NCBI GenBank assembly: GCA_018401355.1
Contig: JAGYLD010000001.1
Location: 7,022 to 71,021 of the forward strand
Source of the DNA: Bacteroidales bacterium
GTDB taxonomy: Bacteria > Bacteroidota > Bacteroidia > Bacteroidales > B18-G4
DNA: 64,000 bases
Reading direction: 5' to 3'
The notes under the pieces are model-generated. The model was not told where the DNA came from and made no database searches. It was given only the letters and a program-made list of their open reading frames with translations. Positions 7,572-16,893 of the stretch are shown in pieces. Position 1 is the first letter of the stretch; each line of letters starts with the position of its first letter. The position numbers and the translations under genes were made by a program.

Positions 7572-9890
7572 TTATTCATCGTTTTCGGGTTTCTCTTTTT
7601 CCTTTGGATCCTTTTTGGCCTTTTGTTCTTCCTGCTCAATCTCTTCCTTCAGATGGGCCAATGCTTCAAGGTCACCCAGGGTGGTCCTTTCCATTTTATC
7701 CTGAAGCTTTCTCACAGCATTTTTTGTCTCACGCTGTGCAGTTTTCGCACGAGCAGTCTCCTTGGCTTTTTCGGCCTGGACTTTATCCTGGTGTGTCTTA
7801 CTGTGCGACAGGATGATCTTCTTATTATCTTTCGAAAACTCAATCACCATAAAATCAAGTGTCTCATCAGCTTTACAAGTGGATCCATCCTCTTTGGCAA
7901 GGTGCCTGTTTGGAACAAATCCTTCAACACCATATGGCAAAGAAACAACTGCTCCTTTATCATTCGTACTGATGATGGTACCTTTATGAATAGAGTTAAC
8001 CGTAAAGATCGATTCAAACACATCCCATGGATTTTCTTCCAGTTGTTTATGTCCGAGGCTCAATCTTCTATTTTCTACATCTACCTCAAGAACAATCACC
8101 TCAATTTCTTCACCAATCTTTGTGAATTCAGCAGGATGCTTGATCTTCTTGGACCATGAAAGGTCAGAGATATGTATCAGGCCATCAACACCTTCTTCAA
8201 GCTCAACAAAGATCCCAAAGTTTGTAAAGTTCCTTACAATGGCCTTATGCTTTGAGTTTTTGGGGTATTTTTCCATGATGTTTTCCCATGGATCCGGAAT
8301 AAGCTGCTTCATGCCCAGAGACATTTTTCTTTCTTCTCTGTCCAGTGTCAGAATAACACCTTCAACCTCATCTCCGACTTTTAAAAAGTCCTGAGCAGTG
8401 CGCAAGTGCTGTGACCATGACATTTCAGAAACATGGATCAGACCTTCAACGCCTGGTGCTATTTCAATAAAAGCACCGTAATCAGCGATAACAACTACCT
8501 TACCCTTAACCTTATCACCTACGCTGAGGTTCGGATCGAGTGAATCCCATGGATGTGGGGTAAGCTGCTTGAGACCCAGGGCGATACGTTTTTTCTCATC
8601 ATCAAAGTCGAGGATAACAACCTTGATCTTCTCATCCAGATTGACAATTTCTTCCGGATGGTTGATCCTTCCCCATGAAAGGTCTGTAATATGTATAAGA
8701 CCATCGACACCTCCAAGGTCAACAAATACACCATAAGATGTAATATTTTTAACGGTTCCCTCAAGAACCTGACCTTTTTCAAGCTTGGTCATGATCTCTG
8801 CCTTCTGCTGTTCAAGTTCAGCCTCTATAAGTGCTTTATGAGAAACAACTACGTTCTTGAATTCATGGTTGATCTTCACCACTTTAAATTCCATGGTTTT
8901 ATCAACATACATATCATAGTCACGTATTGGCTTCACATCAATTTGAGAGCCGGGGAGGAAAGCTTCGATTCCAAAAACATCAACAATCAAACCACCTTTG
9001 GTCCTGCATTTCACATAACCCTGAATGATGGTATCGTTGTCGAATGCTTCGTTTATACGTTCCCAGGATTTCAGAATTCTGGCTTTTTTGTGAGACAATA
9101 CCAATTGACCGGTAGTGTCTTCCTGGCTTTCAACATACACTTCGATGGTGTCTCCAACTTTCAGGTCTTCCTTGTAACGCAGTTCGTTAAGAGGAATAAC
9201 CCCATCAGATTTGAAACCAATGTTAACAACAACTTCGCGGTTGTTTAAACCTACAACAGTCCCATCTATCACTTCATGTTCTACAATGGAGCTTAAGGTT
9301 TTGTCATAGATCTCTTCAAGCCTTTCCCGTTCTTTTTCGGAGTATACATCCTGCTTTTTGCCAACAGTATCCCAGTTAAATTCATCTGGTTTGGCATCTT
9401 CTTCTTTTTCAGATGCAGGTTGCTCTGGTTTTTCTTCTGCTTCTACCGTAGTTTCTGACTCTTCCTTTATTTCCTCAGTTTTTTCTTCAGCTTTTGCTTC
9501 GGGTTCTTCCTTTTCTTCCTGGGGCTTTTCTTCAGCTTTTGCTTCGGGCTCTTCCTTTTCTTCCTGGGGCTTTTCTTCAGCTTTTGCTTTGGGCTCTTCC
9601 TTTTCAGGTGCTTTTTCCTCGGCTTTTACTTCAGCTTTTGCTTCAGCAACGGGTTCAGTCTTTTCTTTGGCATCTTCCTGTTTTGCTTCTACAGGTTCTT
9701 CCTTGCCGGTTGATTCCGGCTTTTTTGTTTCGTCAACAACCTCTTCCTTCTTTTCTTCAGAAGCGGGAGTTTCAGCTTCAACCTTCTTTTCTTCAACTGT
9801 TTCGTTCTTTTCTTCGGAAACTTTCTGCTGGTCCTTTACTTCTTCAGCCTTACCATTCTCATTGTTAACTTTTTCCTGATTATCAGTCAT
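7572..9890 (-). CDS. rpsA: 30S ribosomal protein S1 with long acidic N-terminal extension
   Basis: Six S1 repeats (GFKSDGVI, AFLPGSQID, DGLIHITDLSW, EGLIHVSEMSW, DGLIHISDLSW); Bacteroidota-type FNWD start of core and TTLGDL tail. Confidence 0.96.
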   Translation of the reverse strand: MTDNQEKVNNENGKAEEVKDQQKVSEEKNETVEEKKVEAETPASEEKKEEVVDETKKPESTGKEEPVEAKQEDAKEKTEPVAEAKAEVKAEEKAPEKEEPKAKAEEKPQEEKEEPEAKAEEKPQEEKEEPEAKAEEKTEEIKEESETTVEAEEKPEQPASEKEEDAKPDEFNWDTVGKKQDVYSEKERERLEEIYDKTLSSIVEHEVIDGTVVGLNNREVVVNIGFKSDGVIPLNELRYKEDLKVGDTIEVYVESQEDTTGQLVLSHKKARILKSWERINEAFDNDTIIQGYVKCRTKGGLIVDVFGIEAFLPGSQIDVKPIRDYDMYVDKTMEFKVVKINHEFKNVVVSHKALIEAELEQQKAEIMTKLEKGQVLEGTVKNITSYGVFVDLGGVDGLIHITDLSWGRINHPEEIVNLDEKIKVVILDFDDEKKRIALGLKQLTPHPWDSLDPNLSVGDKVKGKVVVIADYGAFIEIAPGVEGLIHVSEMSWSQHLRTAQDFLKVGDEVEGVILTLDREERKMSLGMKQLIPDPWENIMEKYPKNSKHKAIVRNFTNFGIFVELEEGVDGLIHISDLSWSKKIKHPAEFTKIGEEIEVIVLEVDVENRRLSLGHKQLEENPWDVFESIFTVNSIHKGTIISTNDKGAVVSLPYGVEGFVPNRHLAKEDGSTCKADETLDFMVIEFSKDNKKIILSHSKTHQDKVQAEKAKETARAKTAQRETKNAVRKLQDKMERTTLGDLEALAHLKEEIEQEEQKAKKDPKEKEKPENDE
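9481..9605. repeat. 45-bp tandem repeat (about 2.8 copies) inside the rpsA N-terminal extension, encoding EAKAEEKPQEEKEEP
   Basis: Unit ttttcttcagcttttgcttcgggYtcttccttttcttcctggggc at 9481 and 9526, with a partial third copy at 9571. Confidence 0.9.
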
Positions 9891-10030
9891 TAAAAATAAA
9901 TTTGTATAGACCTGAAAGATTAAAGGGTTAAAAAAATCAACAGATCCAGAGGTTAAACATACGTTTGTTTATTACTTTTTTTTGAAATACACAGCTTTAA
10001 CGCGACCATTCACCCTTTAAAAATGGCGTG

Positions 10031-10038
10031 CAAAATTA
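10031..10038 (-). promoter_or_regulatory. Bacteroidota -7 promoter element (TAATTTTG) for rpsA
   Basis: CAAAATTA on plus strand matches TAnnTTTG on minus, about 140 nt upstream of the start. Confidence 0.55.
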
Positions 10039-10117
10039 CAAAACATATTCGAGAATAAAAAATATTGCAAATCCCATCTTAAAATATATAAGGCGAACAA
10101 TCATTTTGGTTATTGGT

Positions 10118-10125
10118 TATATTTG
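10118..10125 (+). promoter_or_regulatory. Bacteroidota -7 promoter element (TATATTTG) for ychF
   Basis: TAnnTTTG match 25 nt upstream of the ATG. Confidence 0.6.
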
Positions 10126-10150
10126 CAGCGCAATCATTATTTGAGATATT

Positions 10151-11248
10151 ATGGCATTAAAATGCGGGATCATTGGCATAACAAATACCGGGAAGACAAC
10201 TATATTCAATTGTATTTCCAGTTCAAAGGCTCAGGCAAGCAACTTTGCCTTCAGTGCCACAAAATCAAATATTGGCACCGTGAATGTTCCTGATGATCGT
10301 CTTTATAAAATAGACAACATCATTAAATCTGCCAAAGTAGTTCCGGCCACGATGGAAATCATTGATATTCCAGGTCTGGCAAAAGGAGCAAGCAAGGGTG
10401 AAGGTGTTGGGAACAAGTTCTTATCGGACATTCAGCAGGCCGATGCCATTATCCACGTTATTCGTTGCTTCGATGATCCGGACCTCCCACACATTGAAGG
10501 GTCTGTTGATCCTGTCCGCGACCGTGAAATTGTCGATCTTGAACTTCAGGTCCGTGACCTTGAGATGGTTGAAAGGAAAATCGAAAGAACGGAAAAGGTT
10601 GCCAAATCAGGTGATAAGGATGCAAAGAAGGAATTGGAGATCCTGCAGGTTTATAAAGAACATTTTGAAAATTTCCAATCGGCCCGGACAGTCCCTCTTT
10701 CCGCAGAACAAAAAAATGTTGTAAAAGACCTCCTCCTGTTGTCTGATAAGCCAGTCATGTATGTCTGCAATGTAGATGACGCTTCAGCAATTGATGACAA
10801 TCAATATGTAAAAGATTTAAAAAATGCCGTTCAAGATGAAAACACTGAGGTTCTTACCCTGGCCGGCAAATTGGAATCAGAGATTGCTGAGCTTGAGGAT
10901 CATGATGACAGAAGAGAATTCCTGGAAGATGCCGGATTAAAAGAACCCGGAGTCAACAAACTGATCCGTTCTGCATACAGCCTTTTAAACCTTCAATCAT
11001 TTTTTACTGCAGGACCCAAGGAAGTTCGTGCATGGACAATCCGGAAGGGCATGAAAGCACCACAGGCAGCCGGAGTCATACACAGCGACCTGGAAAGGGG
11101 CTTTATCCGGGCAGAAGTTATGAAGTACGAAGACTTTATAACGCTTGGCTCAGAACAAGCTTGTAAAGAAAAAGGGAAATTTCATGTGGAAGGGAAAAAC
11201 TATGTCGTAGAAGAAGGAGACATCCTGCATATCAGGTTCAATGTATAA
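10151..11248 (+). CDS. ychF: Obg-family ATPase YchF (divergent P-loop/switch I)
   Basis: GASKGEGVGNKFL, FFTAGPKEVRAW, APQAAGVIHSD, GFIRAEV, EGKNYVV and FNV C-terminus. Confidence 0.93.
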   Translation: MALKCGIIGITNTGKTTIFNCISSSKAQASNFAFSATKSNIGTVNVPDDRLYKIDNIIKSAKVVPATMEIIDIPGLAKGASKGEGVGNKFLSDIQQADAIIHVIRCFDDPDLPHIEGSVDPVRDREIVDLELQVRDLEMVERKIERTEKVAKSGDKDAKKELEILQVYKEHFENFQSARTVPLSAEQKNVVKDLLLLSDKPVMYVCNVDDASAIDDNQYVKDLKNAVQDENTEVLTLAGKLESEIAELEDHDDRREFLEDAGLKEPGVNKLIRSAYSLLNLQSFFTAGPKEVRAWTIRKGMKAPQAAGVIHSDLERGFIRAEVMKYEDFITLGSEQACKEKGKFHVEGKNYVVEEGDILHIRFNV

Positions 11249-11259
11249 AAAAACCCCAG

Positions 11260-11287
11260 ATCTGAGATCTGAGGTCTGATATCTGAG
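11260..11287. repeat. 7-bp tandem repeat (ATCTGAG consensus x4) between convergent ychF and OMP genes
   Basis: atctgag-atctgag-gtctgat-atctgag. Confidence 0.75.
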
Positions 11288-11296
11288 TTCTTCAAT

Positions 11297-12007
11297 CTAA
11301 TACGGAAGTGTATATGCGGCTCCAAAGCCGATCACGAATGAAAATGTCTTCACTTTATTGTTGTTGCTTGCATCAGGGATGTTAACCAATCCAAGGTTAA
11401 TTCTCATATCTGCAAATGCCTTTAGGTTCTGGATCACCTCATAAGCAAAACCGCCACCTATAAGCCATCCAAAATCCAGTGTTTTATAATTGTCCTTATA
11501 TTTTTCTGTCTTTGTTACGACCTGTGGAGGGGCAAATGGATTTTGCGGATCATAAATCAAATCCTGGTATGTAAACTCCTTGTCACCATCAACCCTGACT
11601 CCCATCAGGAATCCAACAAAAAAACCGGTGTTTGCAAAAACACTCATCTTATCATTTAAACCGAAATCACCTCTTGCCATAAAAGGAATGGTGAAGTAAT
11701 TTAACCCAAGCTTACTTGTAACACCACCGGCTTTAAATTTTGCACCTTTACCTTCCAGGTTTAACTCCACCTGGGCAGATATCATATCTGTGAACTTATA
11801 ATTACCATGTACACCAAACTGAAATCCTGTACCAATCTTATTATTGCTTACATCGCTACCATAAAGATTTTTAAATACGGGCCCAAACTTAGCACCAGCT
11901 GAAAGCTTTCCTCCGGAAGAACCCGAAACACTTGCTACTTCCATTTCCTGAGAATACGCCAATATGGCAATGGCCATAACCATAATAAAAATCAATGTTC
12001 TTTTCAT
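11297..12007 (-). CDS. Outer membrane beta-barrel protein (porin/PorT-like, OMP_b-brl_2)
   Basis: Signal peptide, alternating beta-strand pattern, LNYFTIP, DFGWLIGGG and aromatic C-terminus. Confidence 0.8.
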   Translation of the reverse strand: MKRTLIFIMVMAIAILAYSQEMEVASVSGSSGGKLSAGAKFGPVFKNLYGSDVSNNKIGTGFQFGVHGNYKFTDMISAQVELNLEGKGAKFKAGGVTSKLGLNYFTIPFMARGDFGLNDKMSVFANTGFFVGFLMGVRVDGDKEFTYQDLIYDPQNPFAPPQVVTKTEKYKDNYKTLDFGWLIGGGFAYEVIQNLKAFADMRINLGLVNIPDASNNNKVKTFSFVIGFGAAYTLPY

Positions 12008-12088
12008 AATACTGTTTTTAAATTGTTTTTAACAAAAATAAGAAAAAGTAATATTCAACGCTTTATTAATTATTAACAATGGTCAATT

Positions 12089-12129
12089 AAAAAAAAGAGG
12101 CAGAAGTTCGTTTGAACACAGCCTCTTTT
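12089..12129 (-). terminator. Rho-independent terminator of clpB
   Basis: AAAAGAGGC...GCCTCTTTT stem with inner GTTC/GAAC stem; T8 tail on the minus strand. Confidence 0.75.
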
Positions 12130-12146
12130 ATACAATGCATGTTATT

Positions 12147-14738
12147 CTATTGATTTTCAAACATCAAATTACCATCTTTAAAATCAACCAGGATCCGGGA
12201 ATCCCTGTCGACTTCTCCGGAAAGGATCATCTTTGACAACTGATTCAAAAGATTCCTTTGCATCACGCGTTTTATCGGCCTTGCTCCAAATTGAGGATCA
12301 AATCCAATGTCAGCAATGTGATCGAGTGCAGCATCGGTAATTTCAATTTGCACACCATTCTTCTCAAGCATTTTTTTCACTTGTTCAAACTGAAGCAAGA
12401 CAATGTTTCTGATCTCTTCTTTTGTTAATGGTTTGAACATGATGATCTCATCAACACGGTTCAGGAATTCCGGGCGGATTGTTTTCTTCAACAACTCGAA
12501 AACCTGTTCCCTGGTCCGGTTGTATATTTCCTCTTTGTTGCGGTCATTGATCTTGCTTATGTTATCCTGGATAATATGGGAACCGATATTTGAGGTCATG
12601 ATAATAATTGTATTTTTAAAATCCACAACACGTCCCTTATTATCAGTTAGCCGGCCATCATCTAATACCTGCAATAAGATGTTAAAAACATCAGGATGTG
12701 CTTTCTCTATCTCATCAAGCAAAACAACTGAATATGGTTTCCTGCGGATTGCCTCTGTCAATTGCCCGCTCTCATCATATCCCACATACCCCGGAGGAGC
12801 ACCAATCAACCTTGAAACGCTGTGTCTCTCCTGATATTCAGACATATCAATCCTTACTATATTGTTTTCATTGTCGAAAAGAAATTCAGCCAGTGCTTTG
12901 GCGAGTTCTGTTTTTCCAACACCAGTTGTTCCCAGGAAAATAAACGAACCAATTGGCCTTTTAACATCCTGTAACCCGGCACGGCTCCTTCGGATCGCAT
13001 CCGAAACAGCCTCAATGGCTTCATCCTGACCCACAACACGCATATGAAGCTGCTTTTCAAGCTGTAAAAGTTTTTCCCTTTCACTTTGCAACATTTTATT
13101 AACCGGAATGCCAGTCCATCTTGATACGATCTCAGCAATTTCCTCTTCACCAATCTCCTCATTGATCATGGGCGAGTCACCCTGCAATTCTTCCAACTTT
13201 GCTTTAAAAGCTTCAACACCTCCTTCAGCTTCCTGAATCTTTCCATATCGTATTTCAGCTACCTTGCCAAAATCACCCTCACGCTCAGCCCTTTCAGCTT
13301 CAAGCTTAAAATCTTCAATATCTTTTTTTCTCTGCTGGATGTTCTCAACGATTTCCTTTTCCTGTTGCCACTTTGCTTTCAGGACATTTCTTTCTTCCGT
13401 AAGGTTTGCAAGTTTTTCATTGATCTCTTTGAGCTTATTTTTATCCTTTTCCTTTTTGATGGCTTCCCGCTCTATTTCCAGTTGCCGCACCCTGCGCTCA
13501 ATGATCTCCAGTGGCTCCGGCAATGAATTGATCTCCAGGCGAAGTTTTGAAGCAGCTTCGTCAATAAGGTCGATGGCTTTATCAGGAAGGAACCGGTCGG
13601 TAATGTACCGCTGAGACAACTCAACAGCAGCAATGATGGCCTCATCCTTGATCCTGACATGATGGTGGGTTTCATACCTTTCCTTCAATCCCCTTAATAT
13701 GGATATCGCATCAAGCGTGTCAGGTTCATCAACCATAACCGGCTGAAACCTTCTTTCCAGGGCTTTGTCTTTCTCAAAATATTTCTGATATTCCTTAAGT
13801 GTGGTAGCCCCGATGGCCCTTAGTTCACCACGAGCCAAAGCAGGTTTCAGGATGTTTGCAGCATCCATGGCTCCTTCTCCTCCACCTGCACCAACAAGGG
13901 TGTGTATTTCGTCAATAAACAAAACGATCTCACCATCTGACCCAACAACCTCTTTTACAACACTTTTTAAGCGCTCTTCAAACTCCCCCTTGTATTTCGC
14001 TCCGGCAATCAATGCACCCATATCAAGTGAATAAACCAATTTGGATTTGAGATTTTCCGGCACATCACCATTCACAATGCGGTGAGCCAGGCCTTCTGCA
14101 ATGGCAGTCTTACCTGTTCCAGGCTCCCCGATAAGTATGGGATTGTTTTTCGTCCTTCGTGACAATATCTGTAGTATCCTGCGTATTTCCTCATCCCTTC
14201 CGATCACAGGATCCAGCTTACCGGAATTTGCCAGCTCGTTAAGGTTCCTGGCATACCGGTTTAATGCATTTAAAGCATCTTCAGCAGATTGCGAATTAAC
14301 GGTCGATCCTTTGCGCAACTGCTTAATGGCAGTCTTCAGATCTTTCTCATTAACACCATTATCCTTTAAAAGCATCGCAGTTACATCCGTTCCTGAAAGA
14401 ATGCCCAGAAGGATATGTTCAATGGTGACAAACTGATCATTGAATTCTTTCATAAAAGACTGAGCCTTTTGAAGAGCTTTGTTGGCATCTCCTGACAAAT
14501 ACTGGTCTCCACCGGTAACCTTCGGAAACCCTTCAATGATTTTATCCACTGCCTGTTCCATTACAGGCATATTGACATTAAGCTTTTTCAACAAAAACGG
14601 AACTACATTCTCATCAGCCTTCATTGTCCCTTTGAGAATATGGGCTGTCTCGATGGCCTGATTTTGCTGAGCAACAGCAATCTCCTGTGCCTTCTGAATG
14701 GCTTCCTGTGATTTTATTGTAAAATTGTTAAAATTCAT
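12147..14738 (-). CDS. clpB: ATP-dependent chaperone ClpB
   Basis: Two AAA+ modules (GEPGTGKT, GTTGVGKT), KYKGEFEERLK, coiled-coil middle domain, RIDMSEY and GAPPGYVG. Confidence 0.97.
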   Translation of the reverse strand: MNFNNFTIKSQEAIQKAQEIAVAQQNQAIETAHILKGTMKADENVVPFLLKKLNVNMPVMEQAVDKIIEGFPKVTGGDQYLSGDANKALQKAQSFMKEFNDQFVTIEHILLGILSGTDVTAMLLKDNGVNEKDLKTAIKQLRKGSTVNSQSAEDALNALNRYARNLNELANSGKLDPVIGRDEEIRRILQILSRRTKNNPILIGEPGTGKTAIAEGLAHRIVNGDVPENLKSKLVYSLDMGALIAGAKYKGEFEERLKSVVKEVVGSDGEIVLFIDEIHTLVGAGGGEGAMDAANILKPALARGELRAIGATTLKEYQKYFEKDKALERRFQPVMVDEPDTLDAISILRGLKERYETHHHVRIKDEAIIAAVELSQRYITDRFLPDKAIDLIDEAASKLRLEINSLPEPLEIIERRVRQLEIEREAIKKEKDKNKLKEINEKLANLTEERNVLKAKWQQEKEIVENIQQRKKDIEDFKLEAERAEREGDFGKVAEIRYGKIQEAEGGVEAFKAKLEELQGDSPMINEEIGEEEIAEIVSRWTGIPVNKMLQSEREKLLQLEKQLHMRVVGQDEAIEAVSDAIRRSRAGLQDVKRPIGSFIFLGTTGVGKTELAKALAEFLFDNENNIVRIDMSEYQERHSVSRLIGAPPGYVGYDESGQLTEAIRRKPYSVVLLDEIEKAHPDVFNILLQVLDDGRLTDNKGRVVDFKNTIIIMTSNIGSHIIQDNISKINDRNKEEIYNRTREQVFELLKKTIRPEFLNRVDEIIMFKPLTKEEIRNIVLLQFEQVKKMLEKNGVQIEITDAALDHIADIGFDPQFGARPIKRVMQRNLLNQLSKMILSGEVDRDSRILVDFKDGNLMFENQ

Positions 14739-14783
14739 ATATGTTTATCTCCCTTCTTTTTCTATTTTACTGCATTTTAGCTT

Positions 14784-14895
14784 TCAAAGATTCTGCCAAA
14801 GCATAGAAATATCAATTTAAGGACTATTTGACATATACCATCATGATAAACTTGACTTTTTGTCTATAAGGTTTACTAATGATGAATAATTGGCG
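14784..14895 (-). promoter_or_regulatory. Putative sigma54-like (-24/-12) promoter of clpB with upstream TGAC-N5-TGTCA-like boxes
   Basis: Minus strand TGGCAGAATCTTTGA at 14798-14784; imperfect 13-bp boxes at 14821, 14853 and 14883, about 31 bp apart. Confidence 0.4.
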
Positions 14896-15024
14896 CTGTG
14901 AACAATAAATTTGATATTAGCACATTATTGATGTGTATAATGCAACGTCATCTTTACATGTATAAGTTTAAATTTTTAATTAATTTTGCACCCCTGTAAT
15001 CCCTGAAGGCTTAAATTCCGTTAC

Positions 15025-16281
15025 ATGAAAAAAGGCATTCTGTTTTTCATCATCCTGGCTAATTTAATGACAGCCAAAACCTTTGCCCAGATTGATACTG
15101 TTAATGTTTTTCAGGCAGATACTGTTCTATATTGCCATATTGACAGCATTGCGCTGGATGCAGGCCCGGGTGTTACATATTCATGGAATACAGGCCAGGA
15201 ATCCCGGTTTATTTTTGTTAGTGAAAGTGACAATTACTCGGTCACGGTTTTCGACGGTACAAATTTCGAGGATGCTGAATGTTATTTTATCAATGCCAGG
15301 ATTGAAGTGGAAGGAGAAAAAGTTTGCTATAAGGATATCATCGGAATACAGGCTGAACCAAACCTCGACTTTCTAACTTATATATGGAGTACAGGTGACA
15401 CAAATTTCTTCACAACGGATACAATCCTGGATTCAACAACTTATTACCTCCAGGCAAACTTTAATAACCAGGTGTGCTACGACAGTACAACCTTTACTAT
15501 TTTCCCCAGAATGTACCTGAGTTTTGAGCAACCCAACCTGCTTTGTCCGGGAGGTGAATGCAAAGGACAGGTAAAAGCAACTGCATCAGGAGGACTTGAA
15601 CCATATCACTATAATTGGTTCTCTAAAATCGATCCAGAGAGTTCTTCCTATGCCATTGGACTCTGTGAAGGGCAGTATCGCATAATTGTATCTGATGGCT
15701 ATGGGTGTGAACTGGACCTCTATACCGTGGAACTTTTGACATGCCAGACATTGAAGCAGAATACAGTCCGGATACTGTATACATTACGAACCCACGTGCA
15801 ATATTTTCTTTTTGAAAACAAAAGCATTGATTCTATAACTTTAACAGACTGGAGTTGGAGTTTTGGTGACAAAACAAAATCCGACCTTGCAGCACCTGTT
15901 GTGTGTTCAAAGCACTGGCAACTACGATGCATTTTTAAATACACTACCCTTGACGGCTGCCGGGATTCTGTTCTCCTGATGGTACCGGTTAAGGAACTGG
16001 AATTAGAAGTACACCCAACGTATTCACACCCAATGGGATGGAATCAATGATTATTTGAGATCAAGAAAGCATTAACTACGTTTCTAATGAATTGGTGGTA
16101 TACAGCCGTTGGGGAAAAAGAGTACTATGAACGGTTTTAATTATCAAAACGACTGGGATGGTGCAGGAAACTTGAAGGAGTGATTTTGTATTTATTTTTG
16201 TTATTAGCTTTGCCAGCTGCTTTGGAAGATGACAGGAAATATGGTCTGCATGCTACAGTCATCGGAAGGGGAAAGGACTAG
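15025..16281 (+). CDS. Secreted SprB/PKD-repeat protein with T9SS type-B (gliding motility-associated) C-terminal domain; 3' third scrambled by indels
   Basis: Signal peptide, YSWNTG/YIWSTG repeats, GGLEPYHYNW and WSWSFGD. Frame-corrected remnants PNVFTPNG-DGINDY, VYSRWGK and NYQNDWDG lie at about 16010-16160, beyond the ORF-track stop at 16050. Confidence 0.7.
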
Positions 16282-16352
16282 TATTTCAGGTACATTTTTA
16301 CATTTGTAATACGTTATAAAAAAATGCAGGGTTTATTTCTTTTATCAGTACT

Positions 16353-16856
16353 ATGAAAAAATATTCTAAAATTAAATCTAATACTTTAGCAGGAATACTG
16401 GCATATATGGCAAGTATTACCATATTATCTTTTATGTTTTCCTGTGGAAACAGTAACAACAATGATCTTCCAGCCAATGTAGTCAGCAACCCAATCAGTG
16501 CCGACGGAGAAAACAAACTGGATGCACTTCCTGCAATTGAATTTGAAGAAACAACACATAATTTTGGAGATGTAATACAGGGAGAAAAGGTATCATATGC
16601 CTTCAAATTTACCAATACCGGAAAATCAGACCTGGTTATTGCAAAGGTCAGTGCAAGTTGCGGATGTACTGCAACAGATTATCCGAGGAATGCAATCAAA
16701 CCAGGAAAAGGCGGAGCCATATCGGTTACTTTTAACAGTGAGAACAGGCTTGGGTTTCAGAATAAATCAGTAAATGTAATGGCCAATACCCAACCAAACC
16801 TCACTAAACTCAGAGTCAAAGCCAAGATCATAACACCAGATTCAATGAATAAATAA
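16353..16856 (+). CDS. DUF1573 domain lipoprotein
   Basis: FSC lipobox; HNFG, FKFTNTGKSDL, ASCGCT and IKPG motifs. Confidence 0.88.
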   Translation: MKKYSKIKSNTLAGILAYMASITILSFMFSCGNSNNNDLPANVVSNPISADGENKLDALPAIEFEETTHNFGDVIQGEKVSYAFKFTNTGKSDLVIAKVSASCGCTATDYPRNAIKPGKGGAISVTFNSENRLGFQNKSVNVMANTQPNLTKLRVKAKIITPDSMNK

Positions 16857-16893
16857 TCTCAAAATCAAGATATTAACATTTAATTAATCAATA

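Noticed and set aside
9481-9605. Direct repeats considered as a possible CRISPR array
   Set aside because: Contiguous in-frame 45-bp units with no spacers, inside a CDS; no cas genes.
9358-9879. Ser/Phe-rich 173-aa ORF and other plus-strand ORFs (7554-8159, 8691-9248, 9494-9868) opposite rpsA
   Set aside because: Antisense shadows of the Glu/Lys-rich S1 coding sequence; no independent coding signal.
15700-16281. Diversity-generating retroelement target in the surface protein tail
   Set aside because: The changes are indels rather than adenine substitutions, and there is no template repeat or reverse transcriptase in the window.
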